From positions 1,488,001 through 1,552,000 of the forward strand of contig ML978127.1 in NCBI GenBank assembly GCA_010015805.1: 64,000 nucleotides of DNA, written 5' to 3'. Positions within the stretch are counted from its first letter, which is position 1; each line of letters begins with the position of its first letter. Origin of the DNA: Rhizodiscina lignyota. Lineage: Eukaryota. The notes under the pieces were generated by a model. The model had not been told where the DNA came from and did no database searches. It saw only the letters and a program-made list of their open reading frames with translations. Below, piece by piece: positions 11,747 through 24,848 of this stretch. The position numbers were made by a program, and so were the translations under genes.

Positions 11747-13511
11747 ATGTTTAGCTCAGGCTCAGTACGTTCCCTGACTCTCTTATACTTGCCGCCCCCT
11801 CTGCATAGCATTTACCAATGCCCTTCTTTCTCTCCCTTCCTTCTTTCCTTCCTTCCTCTCCTCTACCACCTTGTGGTTGATCGATATGGAAGAGTGCCCA
11901 AAGTACCGCTCCCGCGAGAAGGTGAATCTTCTCAAGGAGAAAGACTCTTCTCCCGTACCTTATGCATCCTGCTTTGCTGGATCAGGCGAATCTCCTCTTG
12001 ACCCCCCACCATATTCTCAAAAGCCTGTTCTGCTTCAACGAAGTGGCTCTCAATACAAGAGGAGGTCTCAATTGCTGTGCTCAACCACCAAGAAAGCCAA
12101 ACTAAAAGGCGCTTGCCCACTCTGCGTTGCCCGTTATTTACGAGATGTACTGAGAGATTGGGTGCTATCACAGAGGAAGCCATACTCGGCCATTACTGTT
12201 CAAATCGATCGCCTTACCAGCGAACAATACGAACCAGATGAGCTCTCGGGGATTGTCGACTTAGTGGAGGTCATCAGAATACAGGAGTCTGGGCCGACGG
12301 AAGCTGCTAGAGCAATCCGGAAGAAGTTGTACGTCTGGTGTGACCTGCGTCGACATACTATCTCTCACATGATCGCAGGAAGTACGGGAGTCCGCATCGA
12401 CAGCTACGAGCTCTGACTATCCTCGATGGCCTCATCCAAAATGCAGGTAGCCGCTTTCAGCGAACTTTTGCAGACGAGCCTCTTCTCGAGCGCTTACGCA
12501 TCCTTCCCAAAGACGAACTGGTTGATCCGGAGGTCCGCCAAAAATGCAACATTCTGTTCCGCCAGTGGGCAAATGCATATCAAAACACTCCCGGCCTCGA
12601 ACGAGTTGCAACCTTGTATAAGCAGCTACCGTCCAAGCCGAGACGAATGGATCAGTCACAGTCGAAAGTGCTTCGGGAGACAGAAGTAGATGCGGTAGGG
12701 GACTCGTCTCCACCACGCTCTCCGTTCGGCGATCCAGATCATGTCAAACGAACAAGCACGGCGGCTTCGGCCTCCAGTGCCCCATCACGTCCCGTCTCGT
12801 TACTCTCGACAACCTCCACCCAGACGTCATCATCTTCATTTTTTGGCAAGAAGGACAAGAAGAATAAGCTGAAACCTTTTAATCTTGAGAAGGAAAAGCA
12901 GCAAATGCTTGAGACTATTGCTCAGTCATCTGTAGCTAGCACTAATCTCGTGAATGCGCTTAAGCTCATCAACCGCGAGAATGAGCAAGTCAGCGACAAC
13001 GCAGAAGTTATGCGGCGATTTGAAACGTGTAAAGTTCTCCGTCGCCAAGTCTTGAGGTACATCCAGCTCGTGGAGTCAGAGCAGTGGATCGGCAGCCTAA
13101 TAAGCGCGAACGATGAGCTCGTGAAAGCTCTCATGGCATTCGAAATTCTTGACAAGAGCATCGACGACGACAGCGACAGCGACAATGACGCTTATCTCGC
13201 CCGTAAGCTCGACTTTCAGCAGAGGTCTGCTGGCCATCGGGACACCGAGGAGGCCTTAGCTGGCTTGAACCTGAACGAACCTGCTCCTGCGAAGCCCCCT
13301 CGACCGGGTGCCATGCCACCCCCAGTGCCTGCTGCTGGCAAGCAGAGGCAAACTATTGATCCAGAGGATGATGAAGACGAAGAGGATCCATTTGGCGATC
13401 AATATGCCTCCCAGACCCCCCATGTAGAGAAGAGTGGCATGACTTGGTGAGTTACTTTCAATAGCGTTGAGCAAAGAACAGTTCTAACAATACTGTAGGA
13501 GAGATGTCTGA
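11747..13511 (+). CDS. LSB5: Lsb5-like VHS/GAT endocytic adaptor (4 exons)
   Basis: MFSSGS|RKPYSAITVQIDRLTSEQY...GPTEAARAIRKKL|KYGSPHRQLRALTILDGL (VHS-like); GAT-like RRQVLRYIQLVESEQWIGSLISANDELV; acidic DPFGD near the C-terminus; last exon ends WRDV*. Confidence 0.85.
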
Positions 13512-13782
13512 AGTACTAGATCCACGTGAACACTGCTATGAAGGAACGCCGATATATGGACGACTTATGAATCAGCACTTTTAGGTTGGAGAGTGGATGG
13601 AGGCCTTGGATGCACGGGTTATCCACATATTCATCATCTATAATACCCTTAGGCCGCGGTTGGCGACGTTCGTTTGTACGATGTACCACATCACATACTC
13701 CTACACCCCACGACGGTGCATATCCAGCTTATACAGAACCAATCTTATGAATAATATCCCCAATATCCTGCGAAATGCAACT

Positions 13783-14455
13783 TCAGACCGGAGATACTCC
13801 TGGACGTTGCTTCAAGAGACTAATAATGGGCTCGAACAAGCGTATCTGTAGTGCCTTCTCATCTTTATCACCTGTCCCCTCTCGTGCCTTCAATTGAGCA
13901 TCACCAATAGCTTTCATTTCGTCCCAGGAAATCCAAGCCCACCCTTCACACTTATCTGGTTCCATCAACTACAACCGTTAGCTAATCCTAAGTAATCGTA
14001 TGCGGACAATGGCCGCGGTTTCCAGCATGAATGCATCCTTCTCACCTTCGGCTCCACAGGACTACTCTCACTAAGTCTTCCAACCATGAAGATGGTAACA
14101 TAATGTCTCAGCTCCCCCGTTTTCGCATCTGCCAAATTGATAGTATTCGTCGCCGTGAGGAAACGAAGCTGCTCCACCTCTAGTGCCGTTTCCTCTAGCA
14201 CCTCACGCGCCGCGCATGCCTCGAATGATTCGCCCGCTTCGAGATGCCCGCCGGCAAGCGAGTATGTTCCTGCGGGAAGGATTTAAGTTTATTATTTAGA
14301 ATTGAAGACATTTGCATGATTTCGCGATTTGCATTTATGAGATAAGGGTACGTACCGGCGCCTAAACTGCCCTTGCGCTCGCCGAGGATGATTCTGTTTT
14401 GCTTGTTGAGGACGAAGACGCCGACGCCGACACCGACGCCGACTTGAGGCGCCAT
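13783..14455 (-). CDS. NUDIX hydrolase (NUDT15/MutT-like), 3 exons
   Basis: VGVGVFV...GERKGSLGAG; Nudix box GGHLEAGESFEACAAREVLEET; MEPDKCEGWAW. Confidence 0.88.
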
Positions 14456-15161
14456 TATCGTATTTCTTTTCTTTTAGGAAGCTGGAATGTGTCTCATTGC
14501 AAATTTGAATTGTTGATGTGAAGAAGAAATTGGCAGAAATTTGAAATGAGAGTTAAGAGAAGAAAGAGGATGCGATGGTACACCGCAAGCTACATGTGTA
14601 CACCGTATCGCTGAGTCATTGGTGTATCGGACTTATACCTATATGTTCCTTCACTGCAGCGTATTGGAATGTTCAATCAAGTTGAGCGTCTACACCTGCA
14701 TGTGCTAATCGTTTATTCGACTGCTGTTCATTCTGTCCTGTCGTTGATTGGAGGTTTCAGGCGACACTCGAAATGCACTGTCTAGCTGTCTCACAGTACC
14801 GTAGAATCGCGGCACTGGAATGGCTACCGGAAAGCGGAGAAAACGCTCCCATAGGAAGAACTGATTGTCTTGAAGGAAGCGGTGTTCAAACGATGTGCAA
14901 GTCGTTGCTCAATTTTAGTATGCATCTAGAGGTATGTAGATCCACTCTTCGTCGTATCCAAAAGCGCTCCAGCCTCCGTAGGTATATCATAAAGTGCGAG
15001 AGCTGTTACGAGAAAGATTCAGGCCTTGTTTAATCCAACGCTCGAACCATGCCATGCAAGACCGAATCCGCAATGTAAAACTGTAAAACCACCACCATGC
15101 CCCATCCTCCCATGCTCCAAGGCTTTATTCCGAAGCTTCTCCAACAGGAGAGACTCAACAT

Positions 15162-15305
15162 CTACATGACCGTGCAAGGAATTATGCAGCAGGAGCATCC
15201 ACCATCGTCGTCTCCACACTCTAAACACTTGGTTTTGGGTGGTTGTGCGGGTTTGGTGAGGGTCGAGAGCGTTGAAGCGACGGAGTTCGTGTTGCTTCCA
15301 GGCAT
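15162..15305 (-). CDS. 47-aa Cys-rich micro-protein with C-terminal CaaX (CTVM)
   Basis: TTCACAATG start context; MPGSNTNSVASTLSTLTKPAQPPKTKCLECGDDDGGCSCCIIPCTVM*; probable 5'UTR intron 15471-15414 (GTAGGT...CTGAC...CAG). Confidence 0.7.
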   Translation of the reverse strand: MPGSNTNSVASTLSTLTKPAQPPKTKCLECGDDDGGCSCCIIPCTVM

Positions 15306-16127
15306 TGTGAAGAGGTAGCGGGTGCAACTCGAATCGGCGACTTTCGCTTGAACAGATGGGTACGCAAGACTAGGAGCTAACCGGAACGAACTTGAGGCTC
15401 TGCTCGTAGCTACCTGCGACGAAGGTGTCAGATTCTTGACGGGTAGTGAAGAGAGCTGATTGGCTACCTACTTGAAGTAACTGAACTCCTCTCGCACGAC
15501 AGTGGTCTTCAATTGAGGGTATCGAGGTAGGACGTAGTAGCAAGACTGGGGAAACGAGAGCTAGAAGAGGTGGAGAAGCAGAGCTGCAGCAACTTAAATG
15601 GCGGTAGACTTGCGTGGCAGGTGGGCGATGCTCGGCTTGTTTCATGGCACTGGAAACGCGGCATGACGACACTGCCACATTTCACCTCTTGGTACGGGCA
15701 GGGGTTGTCTCTACTGATTCCACATCGAGCTTCGAGCATCGCTTTCTCATTATGAGTATCCCTCATGACTTCGTCGTCGCTCACGTCAACTTCCTCTCCC
15801 CTGCGTAAATTAAGAGGAGCAGGGCTGATTCTGGGTCATATTGTGTGACCTTGTTCATTCGTCATGTCGGCTTCCTTATTTTCGAACCCAACGCCTTCGC
15901 AAATATTTCGTAGATGCATCCTACTGGCGTTCTTATGAGTCTTTGCAGCATGAGAGCAGTCCCAGAAACTCGGAACGTAACCTAGCTGTCTTCTTTTGCG
16001 ACCCCGCTGCAGAGCTGCCAGGATGCGTGTTGCGTGGAGGCCTCGTATCCCACGTATCCTCACACCAGTAGAACAGCATACATGTCTTCTACTTCACAAG
16101 AATCTAGTAGGAGACTAAACAAGTAAT

Positions 16128-16898
16128 ATGGCTTCGACTGCGCTTCCTACCAAGGTCGTTGGCGGCGTCACTGTGCCCGACACGTCGCTGATAACCAAAG
16201 CTCTAGACTTTGCACGGGAGCATTCCACGGACTACACTTACAACCACATCATCCGCTCTTTCGTCTTTGGCTTCATCATCGCAGACAAATTACCACACAC
16301 CAAAGATCGCGACCGGGAAGCTCACGCTGTTGCCGCAATCCTGCATGATGTTGGTTTCCCAATTGGCCATCCACCTCACAGCGATGTGATCAGCAAAGAC
16401 AATCGCTTCGAGGTGGACGGTGCAAATGCAGCGAGGGAGTTTTTGAAACGCGAGGCTAGTTCTCAAGAATGGGACAAGCATCGCTTGCAATTGGTGTGGG
16501 ATGCCATCGCACTGCATACGATTGGTAGCGTCGTATTCCACAAAGAACCGGAGGTACAGGCCTGCTCGTATGGCATTTGGGCCGATTTCCAGGGGCCTGA
16601 TCGAGTGGCAGGAGGTTTGCTGTCATGGGATGAATATAACACTGTCGTCGAGGTATGAGACCATTGCTGTTTGAATTAGAAGCTGATCCCATGACAGGAA
16701 TTTCCCCGACTGGGACTCATGAAAGGCCTGAAAGATAATATGCTGCACCTTTGCAGGACGAAGCCCGAGACTACATTCGACAACACTGTCGGCGAATGGG
16801 GAGACCGCTATCTCAGTGTAGATGAGTATAGCCGCAAAGGAAAACTCACGCAGGATCTATTGGAGACTTGCGACCTCGACGAACGGGAACCCAACTAA
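16128..16898 (+). CDS. HD-domain metal-dependent hydrolase (2 exons, intron 16653-16697)
   Basis: NHIIRS...AAILHDVG...RFEVDGANAAREFL...VWDAIALH; the second exon EFPRLGL...LCRTKPETTFDN is in frame. Confidence 0.85.
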
Positions 16899-17148
16899 AA
16901 CTGCTATGTCACATCGCGCGTTGAGTTTCACTTTTCTTTTACTATTAAGCACGTAGTTGGATGTGCAATCGATCGAATGTGATACCGTCATGCACTGCGG
17001 TCCTTTGTTGCTTGTGAATATACAAGCGGCTATCTAAAATAACATATATCAGTGTCTCTAGCTTTATCGCTAAGTCTCGAGTAAATATGCTTCTTCAGAG
17101 CGTCTTTCTTAAGCCCAAATGTTTGCTTCATATCTGTACCTCTTTCCT

Positions 17149-18336
17149 TCACAAGTATCTTTCAAATGTTTTCGCTGCGTCAACCACTGTCTGCTCAAAT
17201 GGGATCCAGTCTTGCCCAGTGAGCTTCGGTACCTTGGTGTTATCCACCTGCACCAGATCTGGCGGAATTTGGTATCCTGGAACGTATCCCGCCCCCGGCT
17301 CGCCAACTGGGATGATACCCTTCCTTTCCGGATAGTGCTTGTTTAAGATGTCATAGTATGTCTGAGGAGTTGCCCAAGCGCTCGTTGCAAGATACCTCTC
17401 ACCATTCACCTTCTCTGGGTTCTCGGCAGCAAATATAATGACTCGGGCCACGTCACGCACATCAACGACGTTGCCAAGACCCGGGCCAGCTTCTGGGACT
17501 TCTTGTCCCACCAACGCTCGCCAGACGTTCACAGTGGTTGACTGGAGCTCGTCAGGGCTGTCTGGCAATGCGCCAGGTGCACCAACGACGAATCTACATT
17601 CCATCAGTGAGTCTTCTGTTAACGCGAAGGTAGTCAAATGCACTCACGATGGGTTGACGGCAGCCATGCTCCAATTTGGCTTTACCCTATCTCTAAAGCT
17701 CCAGAACACCTTCTCGCTCGCTGTTTTGCTCGCACGATAAATGTGTCCAGCGCCAGATTCGACACCCATATTCGCGACTACATCTTCCGAGACTTCGTTC
17801 CAGTTTGCCTCAGTCAAAGTATATGGCGGATTCTCATCGCTCCGAATAGCGGCGATTGAAGACATCTGCACGACCACGCGGAGTTGTGGACCGGCATGCT
17901 TGTAAGCAGACTGGAGGATGACCGACGTGCCCACAGTGGCACCCTTCATCACAGGAGCGGGGTCCACGAAGCTGAGGGAGATGGGAGCAGCAAGATGCGC
18001 GATTGCGTCAACACCTATGGAGAGCGGTTAGTACTAATCGCATTATTGAGGGCCAATCGCAAGATAGCTTCCTATCTACCAACCGGACAAGCGACGCTCA
18101 CCTTTGACGGCTTCATCAAACGCGCCGGATATGGTTATGTCTTTCACCTCGACGATTTCGAAGTCTCCAGCATCTATATGCCCTTTGAAAGCATCGCCGA
18201 GCAACCGCAGGCTTGCTTCCTTTGATCGAGCTGTTCCTCTCACACGCCAGCCTGCATCAAGAAATGCCTTTGCGGTGCTATTTGCAATGTATCCGTTCAC
18301 GCCAGATATGAGCACGAGGCTTTTTGCTCCCGCCAT
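17149..18336 (-). CDS. NAD(P)-dependent aldehyde reductase / epimerase-dehydratase (Gre2/Ari1-like), spliced
   Basis: VLISGVNGYIA Rossmann motif; AHLAAP; MSSIAA; YRASK catalytic motif; VDVRDVA. Confidence 0.88.
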
Positions 18337-20268
18337 CTTGATTGTTTGTGATTAGATGTCCCTTCGAAGAACGAATTAAGGAAAGATAAGATTGAGATAT
18401 AAGGGACAATTCAGGTGTTGTTTGTCATCGTGAATTGGTTCGCTTCTCAATGGCCTTATATATAACTTGGCCCATTTGGCACCATATGAATAGTGCGATG
18501 GAATGTCAATTGATGTTTAGTCGACATGGTGGTGCATTTGAAAGCCCAGCAATTACCCTTTGAGTTAACCAGTCTCTGAAATCCCATTTTGCCGCGGCTC
18601 ATACTGGCGGACCAAGATGCACGAACGGAACAGCGACCTATTGTATCATTCGAAGAGGCGCTCATGTAATCGGGCTGAAGGCCTATTCCTCACACGAGGA
18701 TAAGTAATGCACAAAAGCCATCTGGATGACAAAGGTATTATGCAAGATTCACCGCACGGCCCATGGCATGCCATGGCATAATATCACTAATAAAACTGCT
18801 TTCGGCCAGTCCCCGTGGAGAACTTCGCCACCCTCGGCTTCCAAAGTCACGGACTCGCCGAGTCGGGCTCACCGTATTCCGATGAAGTCGCCCGGAGTTG
18901 ACGCAGTCCGTGTGCGCAACTTTAAATCTCCTAGCTCCCGCACCTGAGGAGAGCGATGAAGAGGGATACGTTCACCAAACGTCATTCGGGCCGAGCATCT
19001 CCACACGATTCTATTGTCGAAGACTTTTGGCCGCCCTCGATACTCATCTCTTCGACAAAGCGTTCAATCAATGTTCAACAACTTGCCAGATATTCAATTT
19101 TCTGACGAACGCAGCTATTCTACGTCCGTTATTGTAGCAAATGTCAGCTATTGGGGTAGGTCCGCTGTGCGGAGTATGTCTATGTCTGGTCACACAATTG
19201 TCTCGTTTCATACTCTATTCTTAATGCCAGTATACTCTTTAGCTTTCATTGTTGGAATTTTTTTGGGCATCGCCATCATGCTTTACAATCCAAAGAGCCC
19301 TCTGTGCGTGCGTATGGAACTCTTACACTCGCGGATGCCAAATTTCTGAGCCACCTCAGTTTCTCTCAACTACCTATTATCGCGTGGGAAGGAAGTATGG
19401 ATTGTATGCATCATCAAGCAAATGGCAACGATCCCTCCAAACCTCAATATCTGTTATCTTTTCATGCGCCACTGATAGCATGGACGCTCAACGACTGGGG
19501 TCGATGTGGCGAGTGTTCTTCGATATCGGCGCCTCTCCGGCCAACACCAGATCGATCGAAGTTGATGGCTTTTGAAACTACGACACTGCAAGGGCATGAA
19601 GAGATCGCGTTCCACCCGTCTGACTTGCATTTCATCATACTTCCAAAGAAGTACAGGAATTCCGGCGGGTCGAGCCCTCATTGCGCGATACCTTATCTAA
19701 TCTCCAACTCTATCTTGGCGGTGGAAAAGCCGCGCTTACAGCACCCCGTATCCATGCCCCCGTTTGCCGCTCACACGCACCGAAGGAAGCTAGTTCCTCG
19801 CACCGTTCCGGTTCTAAACCAACCACCAACCTCCCAGATCCCCAGACCGTACTCTTGGGTTACACTTTGTCCTGTGGCGGAGGAAGAAATGGGACCTTGC
19901 GATGATCCTCAAGGATTTGCTTTGTCCGGCCCAGGCCTTGGTTAAGGCAAATCCTCCCCTTAGCTCCTCCGAAAGCTGCTTTAGCCTGCGTACTTCCTAC
20001 ACTATATGCAAGGAATCGTCCACGGGGAAGCCGGTGCTACAAGGAACCCAGAAGCGCACGCGACGGGCGAGTAGTAGGACGGCTAGAACTTATCTCCAGG
20101 GCCTTCAAGGTTGTGGATCTTCGAGCCTTTCAGAGCTACTAGCGGCTTTGACCATGATAGCTCTCATACGCCTCCAAAGTCCATGATGTACTTAAGTAGA
20201 GCTGATATCACGCATGCTTCGCGTAGTAACCTCACACTCTCACCCAAGGATTGCCGTGTGTCGCCGAA

Positions 20269-22157
20269 ATGGATTTCGAGAAGAAGCCTGAGTATGTGAT
20301 CGGTTCTGAGAGCCCGGCTCGCAGCGATACCCTCGATAGCGCAGAAGGCGTCGTTGAGAACGCTGATGGATTGCACCGCAAGCTCTCCAACCGCCAGATC
20401 CAATGGATCGCGGTAGGAGGCTCGATTGGTACTGCATTGTTCGTCAGCATAGGCTGGGGCTTACTGGAAGGTGGCCCTGGTAGCTTGTTCCTGGGATACT
20501 TCTTCTACGCCTGTGTTATTGGTGCTATCAACAATAGCATGGCCGAAATGGCCGTCTACATGCCGATCTCCGGGTAAGAAAGATATGGAGTGTTCGAGAG
20601 AGTAGCAGCCAGCTAACACAATCTAGTTCGTTCATTCGCTTCTGTGCTAAATGGGTCGACGATGCGTTCGGTTTCATGGCCGGCTGGAACTTCTTCCTCT
20701 ACGAGGCCATCTTAATCCCCTTCGAGATATCTGCTCTCAATCTCGTTCTCACGTTCTGGCGCGATGATATCCCCGTCGGTGCTGTCTGTGCGGCCTGTAT
20801 CGTGATCTACGCCATCTTGAATGTCTTTGCTGTCCGCTGGTTCGGCGAAGCGGAGTTCTGGCTGTCTTCCGGCAAAGTGCTCCTGATCATCATCTTGTTC
20901 TTCTTTACCTTCATTACGATGGTCGGCGGTAACCCTACCCACGATCCGTATGGCTTCAGATACTGGAACAACCCTGGTGCATTTGCGGAGTACATCACAA
21001 CCGGGGCTCTTGGCCGCTTCGAGGGCTTCCTTGGAGCTCTGTTCGCCGCAGCATGGACGATTGTCGGACCGGAGGTACGCCTGAAATATGCCCTATTCCT
21101 ATTACTTAGCTAACAGCCCACATAGTACATTGCTATGGTCGCCGGTGAGGCCATTTATCCTCGTGTGACCATCAAGCAGGCGTTCAAGACTGTCTATTGG
21201 CGCTTCGGAATCTTCTTCGTCGGGGGCGCTCTCTGCGTCGGGATTGTGATTCCATATAACGACCCTCACCTTACGAACATCCTCAATACCTCCGGAACGT
21301 CCACTGGCGCCGCCTCGCCATATGTTATTGCAATGCAAAATATGGGCGTTACTGGGCTCCCCCATCTTGTCAATGCCCTGTTAGTCACCAGTATCTTCTC
21401 TGCGGGCAATTCGTACGTTTACATGGCGACTCGTTCTCTCTACGGCCTCGCGCTGGACAATCAAGCACCAAAGTTCTTGACATACACCACGAGGAATGGT
21501 ATTCCGATTTGGTGTTTCTGCGTAACGATGGTCTTCCCCTTCTTGTCCTTCCTCTCTGTCGGAAGCGGCTCGGCGCAAGCTATTAAATGGTATGTCCATC
21601 CGACAGTGCCACGTGATGTCCTGAACTGATGGTTCTTAGGCTCGTCAACCTCGTTACTGCATCCCAGGTGCTTAACTATGTTATTATGGGCATTACGTAC
21701 ATATTTTGGTACAGAGCACTCAAAGCTCAGAACATCGACCGCAAGACTCTGCCATACTACGGCTGGGTAAGTTCTGCTCTTTCTGAATTTTTCCTTCCGT
21801 ATCGGGCGCTGACTTGATCAGTTCCAACCATGGTGCAACTACTTCGGCCTCACCTTCACGACCATAATCGTCTTCATTCAGGGCTACACCGTCTTCCTCC
21901 CAGGCAAGTGGAACGTCGGCAACTTCTTCACGTACTACACCATGATCTTCGTGTGTATTTTGCTGTACTTTGGCTGGAAAATTGTCAAGCGCACAAAGCT
22001 TGTGAAGCCCCACGAGGCTGACCTGGTATGGGAGAAGCCAATTATTGATCGCTATGAGGAAGCCGCTGAGCCACCGTTGGGTCTGTGGGAAGACATGTGG
22101 TTCACGACGAGGAAGGTTCTGGGTAAGGTCGGTCTTAAAAAGAAGGAGGTCGTTTAG
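20269..22157 (+). CDS. Amino acid permease (APC/YAT family), multi-exon
   Basis: LHRKLSNRQIQWIAVGGSIGTALF; FGEAEFWLSSGK; GFRYWNNPGAF; SPYVIAM; TSIFSAGNSYVY. Confidence 0.92.
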
Positions 22158-24025
22158 ATTCGGAGATGCGGAAACATATCAGCGTACTGTAAATAGATTG
22201 ATTGAAGTACGAGGCGCTGCGGCCACCTGTTATGACATGAACGATACCCAAGATAGCAATACCACAAAAGAGATATTGCGCTTTACGGAGTATGTGCTTC
22301 AGAATCAAAGGGACACCTGCAAGATCCACTTGCTGTTCGTGGTATTAGCAACGTCAGAATCAATTCCGATGCTGATGACGATTACTCTAGCTTAATGAAA
22401 CAGTTAACTGCGTTTATTATATCATCGGTATTGTTCTCCACTATGCGAATCCTTCTGGATCGCTGGAACACACTGCTGGAAATTATCGAATCTTGTAAAA
22501 CAGTAGCAGGATCTCGCTGCGCACTTCCAAGGATTTTGCGAATGCTTACTTGAAGCGTGAGACGAATGTGCATCTCGGCGACTCTATCGGGTAATGAAAA
22601 TGGGAAATAAAACAGATCAGTCAGACATAGAATTAACACTCTCTTGCAACAGTCGAGGTTCCCGTTGCAGGAGACGCTCTTCAGCATCGTAGCCAGAAGA
22701 ATATCGTATCCTAAGGGTCTCTGTTTCGGAGATCCCGAGAACGAGCTTGCACAATCGGCAGTGCCTCAAAATGTACGCTCCTTTGGCCGAAGGCGAATCG
22801 CGGGGAACTCGCGTGGTTTGTGGCATTTTTCGTTTCTAAGAGCCTGGAGAAGCCTTCGTCCTTCATCTGGGATCATTGCCGATCTTGGGGGCGGTGGAGT
22901 CATCGTGTCTTTTCACCGCCCTTTTTCACGCTGAGTGCACTTGATCCAAAGCCCGGCCCTGATTCCTCATCCCCCCGGTCTTTTCAACGTGGAGCTGAAA
23001 TCAATGGAATGATAGAACCAATCTATGCAGTGATGTGTGAGAAGAGCATTTGGAATGGATGTTGCGTTCCTGATCAATGAGCGCCATCGCAGTGCGAAGC
23101 TGATGATCCCGATCAAACCGGAGCTGAAGTTGAGCTTGGTAAATGGTATTCCCCTGAGTAGCAAGTCCCTTCAGCTAAAAGGGTGAATGCAGCGCTGACT
23201 AAAAACAGGCAACAGAGACACGTCACTCAGTCCTAGTAGAAGCGTTCAGTATCCCAAAGCTCTTTAGCAACAGCAAACTCTTTTAAACCCCTTAAGTTTT
23301 GGCCTGTTTCGTCTACCAGATGTTCTCATCAGCTTCCTACTCATGTGAATGTGATATTTCGTGGATTACTTCAGGGTGGAAACTGCCCTTCGTGCATTAT
23401 CCCATCGTATCCCTAATTGGCCAGTAAGCTTAGTATAAGCCTCCTTTGGAATCCATCTGCAAGGCACGAAACCCTACTGACGGGGATTTGAATATCCAGA
23501 TTGGTCGGAGCTGTACAGGATCAACTAAGTTAGGTGCTAAGCTACTATTACACACAGTGCTTTCCGGGTACCTTAACTCGCGTAGATGTGGGGCTTCGCC
23601 TCCCCTTCCTTGATCTCATAGAGTACATACCTCACTCATCAATTGCTGCCGGTGAATTGTTCCGAGTACGAGCATCAGAGTGTGGCTGGGTACCTTATGA
23701 GATGGATTCGGACCTCTTTGAGAACACCGCAGCAGCTTCTTTACGTACAATTTTCGAAATGAGGCACATCGGCTCTGGAGACCGTTCGAGGATCCAGGAA
23801 ACACCGCGAATAGAATCGGAGGAAGGTGAGACCACACAGCAACTTCTTCTTTGTAGCGTCACTGTGTAGCTTACTGGTCAAGGCTGTACGCCCTGTGAGT
23901 TGTTGTGCTCAAGGTCCAGTAGTATTTAAGCGCACCATTTCCACTACTCTCATCGAACATCAAGCCCAGTCCTTTCCACTTCCACAAGGCCAATCTTCTA
24001 TCAAAGGAAAATACCGTCGACAAAA

Positions 24026-24536
24026 ATGCACTCCTTCACTCTTACCATCCTTGCGGCTCTCGCTGCTACTGTAGTAGCAGTTGATACGATAGAGCTCACG
24101 AGTCAGAAGGGAGTGTACGTTGTTCCTTGCTTTTGCGTTGAACATATCGAGAAACTTTCAGCCTGACAGCCTCTTAGTACGCAATTAATCGACGCCGCCC
24201 TTGTCCACAACGATCAGCCTATTATTACGTCCGGTACGCAGCAGAATTGCTTCAGCTGGTTAGGTCTTGGATTCGCCGCAGACGACGGTAACGCGTTAGA
24301 TTCGGCGCAGCCAGGTATGAACTCGATAGATCATAGGGGTTTTCAATTACATCTTTGAGACTAACATCATAACAGGCATTTGCTTTGTTCTTCACGAGGG
24401 AACTGATTGCACGGGAACTGCTAGCTCCGGAGAAGGAAACGGAAGCCCACTCGATGTTCTAACTCTTAACGGTGGCCAATTCGTATCTCATACTGGTTCA
24501 ATCAAGGTGTACAGGACAGTTCATGGGAAGTGCTAG
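24026..24536 (+). CDS. Small secreted protein (~128 aa, 4 Cys), 3 exons; effector-like
   Basis: Signal peptide MHSFTLTILAALAATVVA. Introns GTACGT..CTGAC..TAG and GTATGA..CTAAC..CAG keep the frame. Ends ...GICFVLHEGTDCTG...HTGSIKVYRTVHGKC*. TATTTAA ~100 bp upstream. Confidence 0.8.
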
Positions 24537-24848
24537 GCACGAAGAGGTTGATTTAGTAGTGCATTAGACGGTTAGAGGCAATCCAACTACATTCTCACAA
24601 TTGCTACAGAGCCATTCCATTACAGTCGACTTCAGCACTTCCAAGAAGCTCCCACACACAGGCGAGTTTACATTCGAGATTGCCGGGGAACAGCTTGCCA
24701 GGCTTGCCTTAGAAGATCTGCCTCTCACTGTCGCGATCCCAATGCTTTCAACAATACCAGCTCCTCTGATCTAATACATGCCACATATCAGTTCGGCTGA
24801 CTCCCCGAGCCTATGTATATATCGGAGGACCCAAGATAATCACCCCCT

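Noticed and set aside
15019..15784. Longer ORF-track ORFs around the CaaX peptide
   Set aside because: Mostly non-ATG starts and no protein-like features. The 47-aa frame has the better start context and a terminal motif.
19304..19945. 213-aa ORF upstream of the amino acid permease
   Set aside because: GTG start, no motifs; lies in what looks like a long promoter region.
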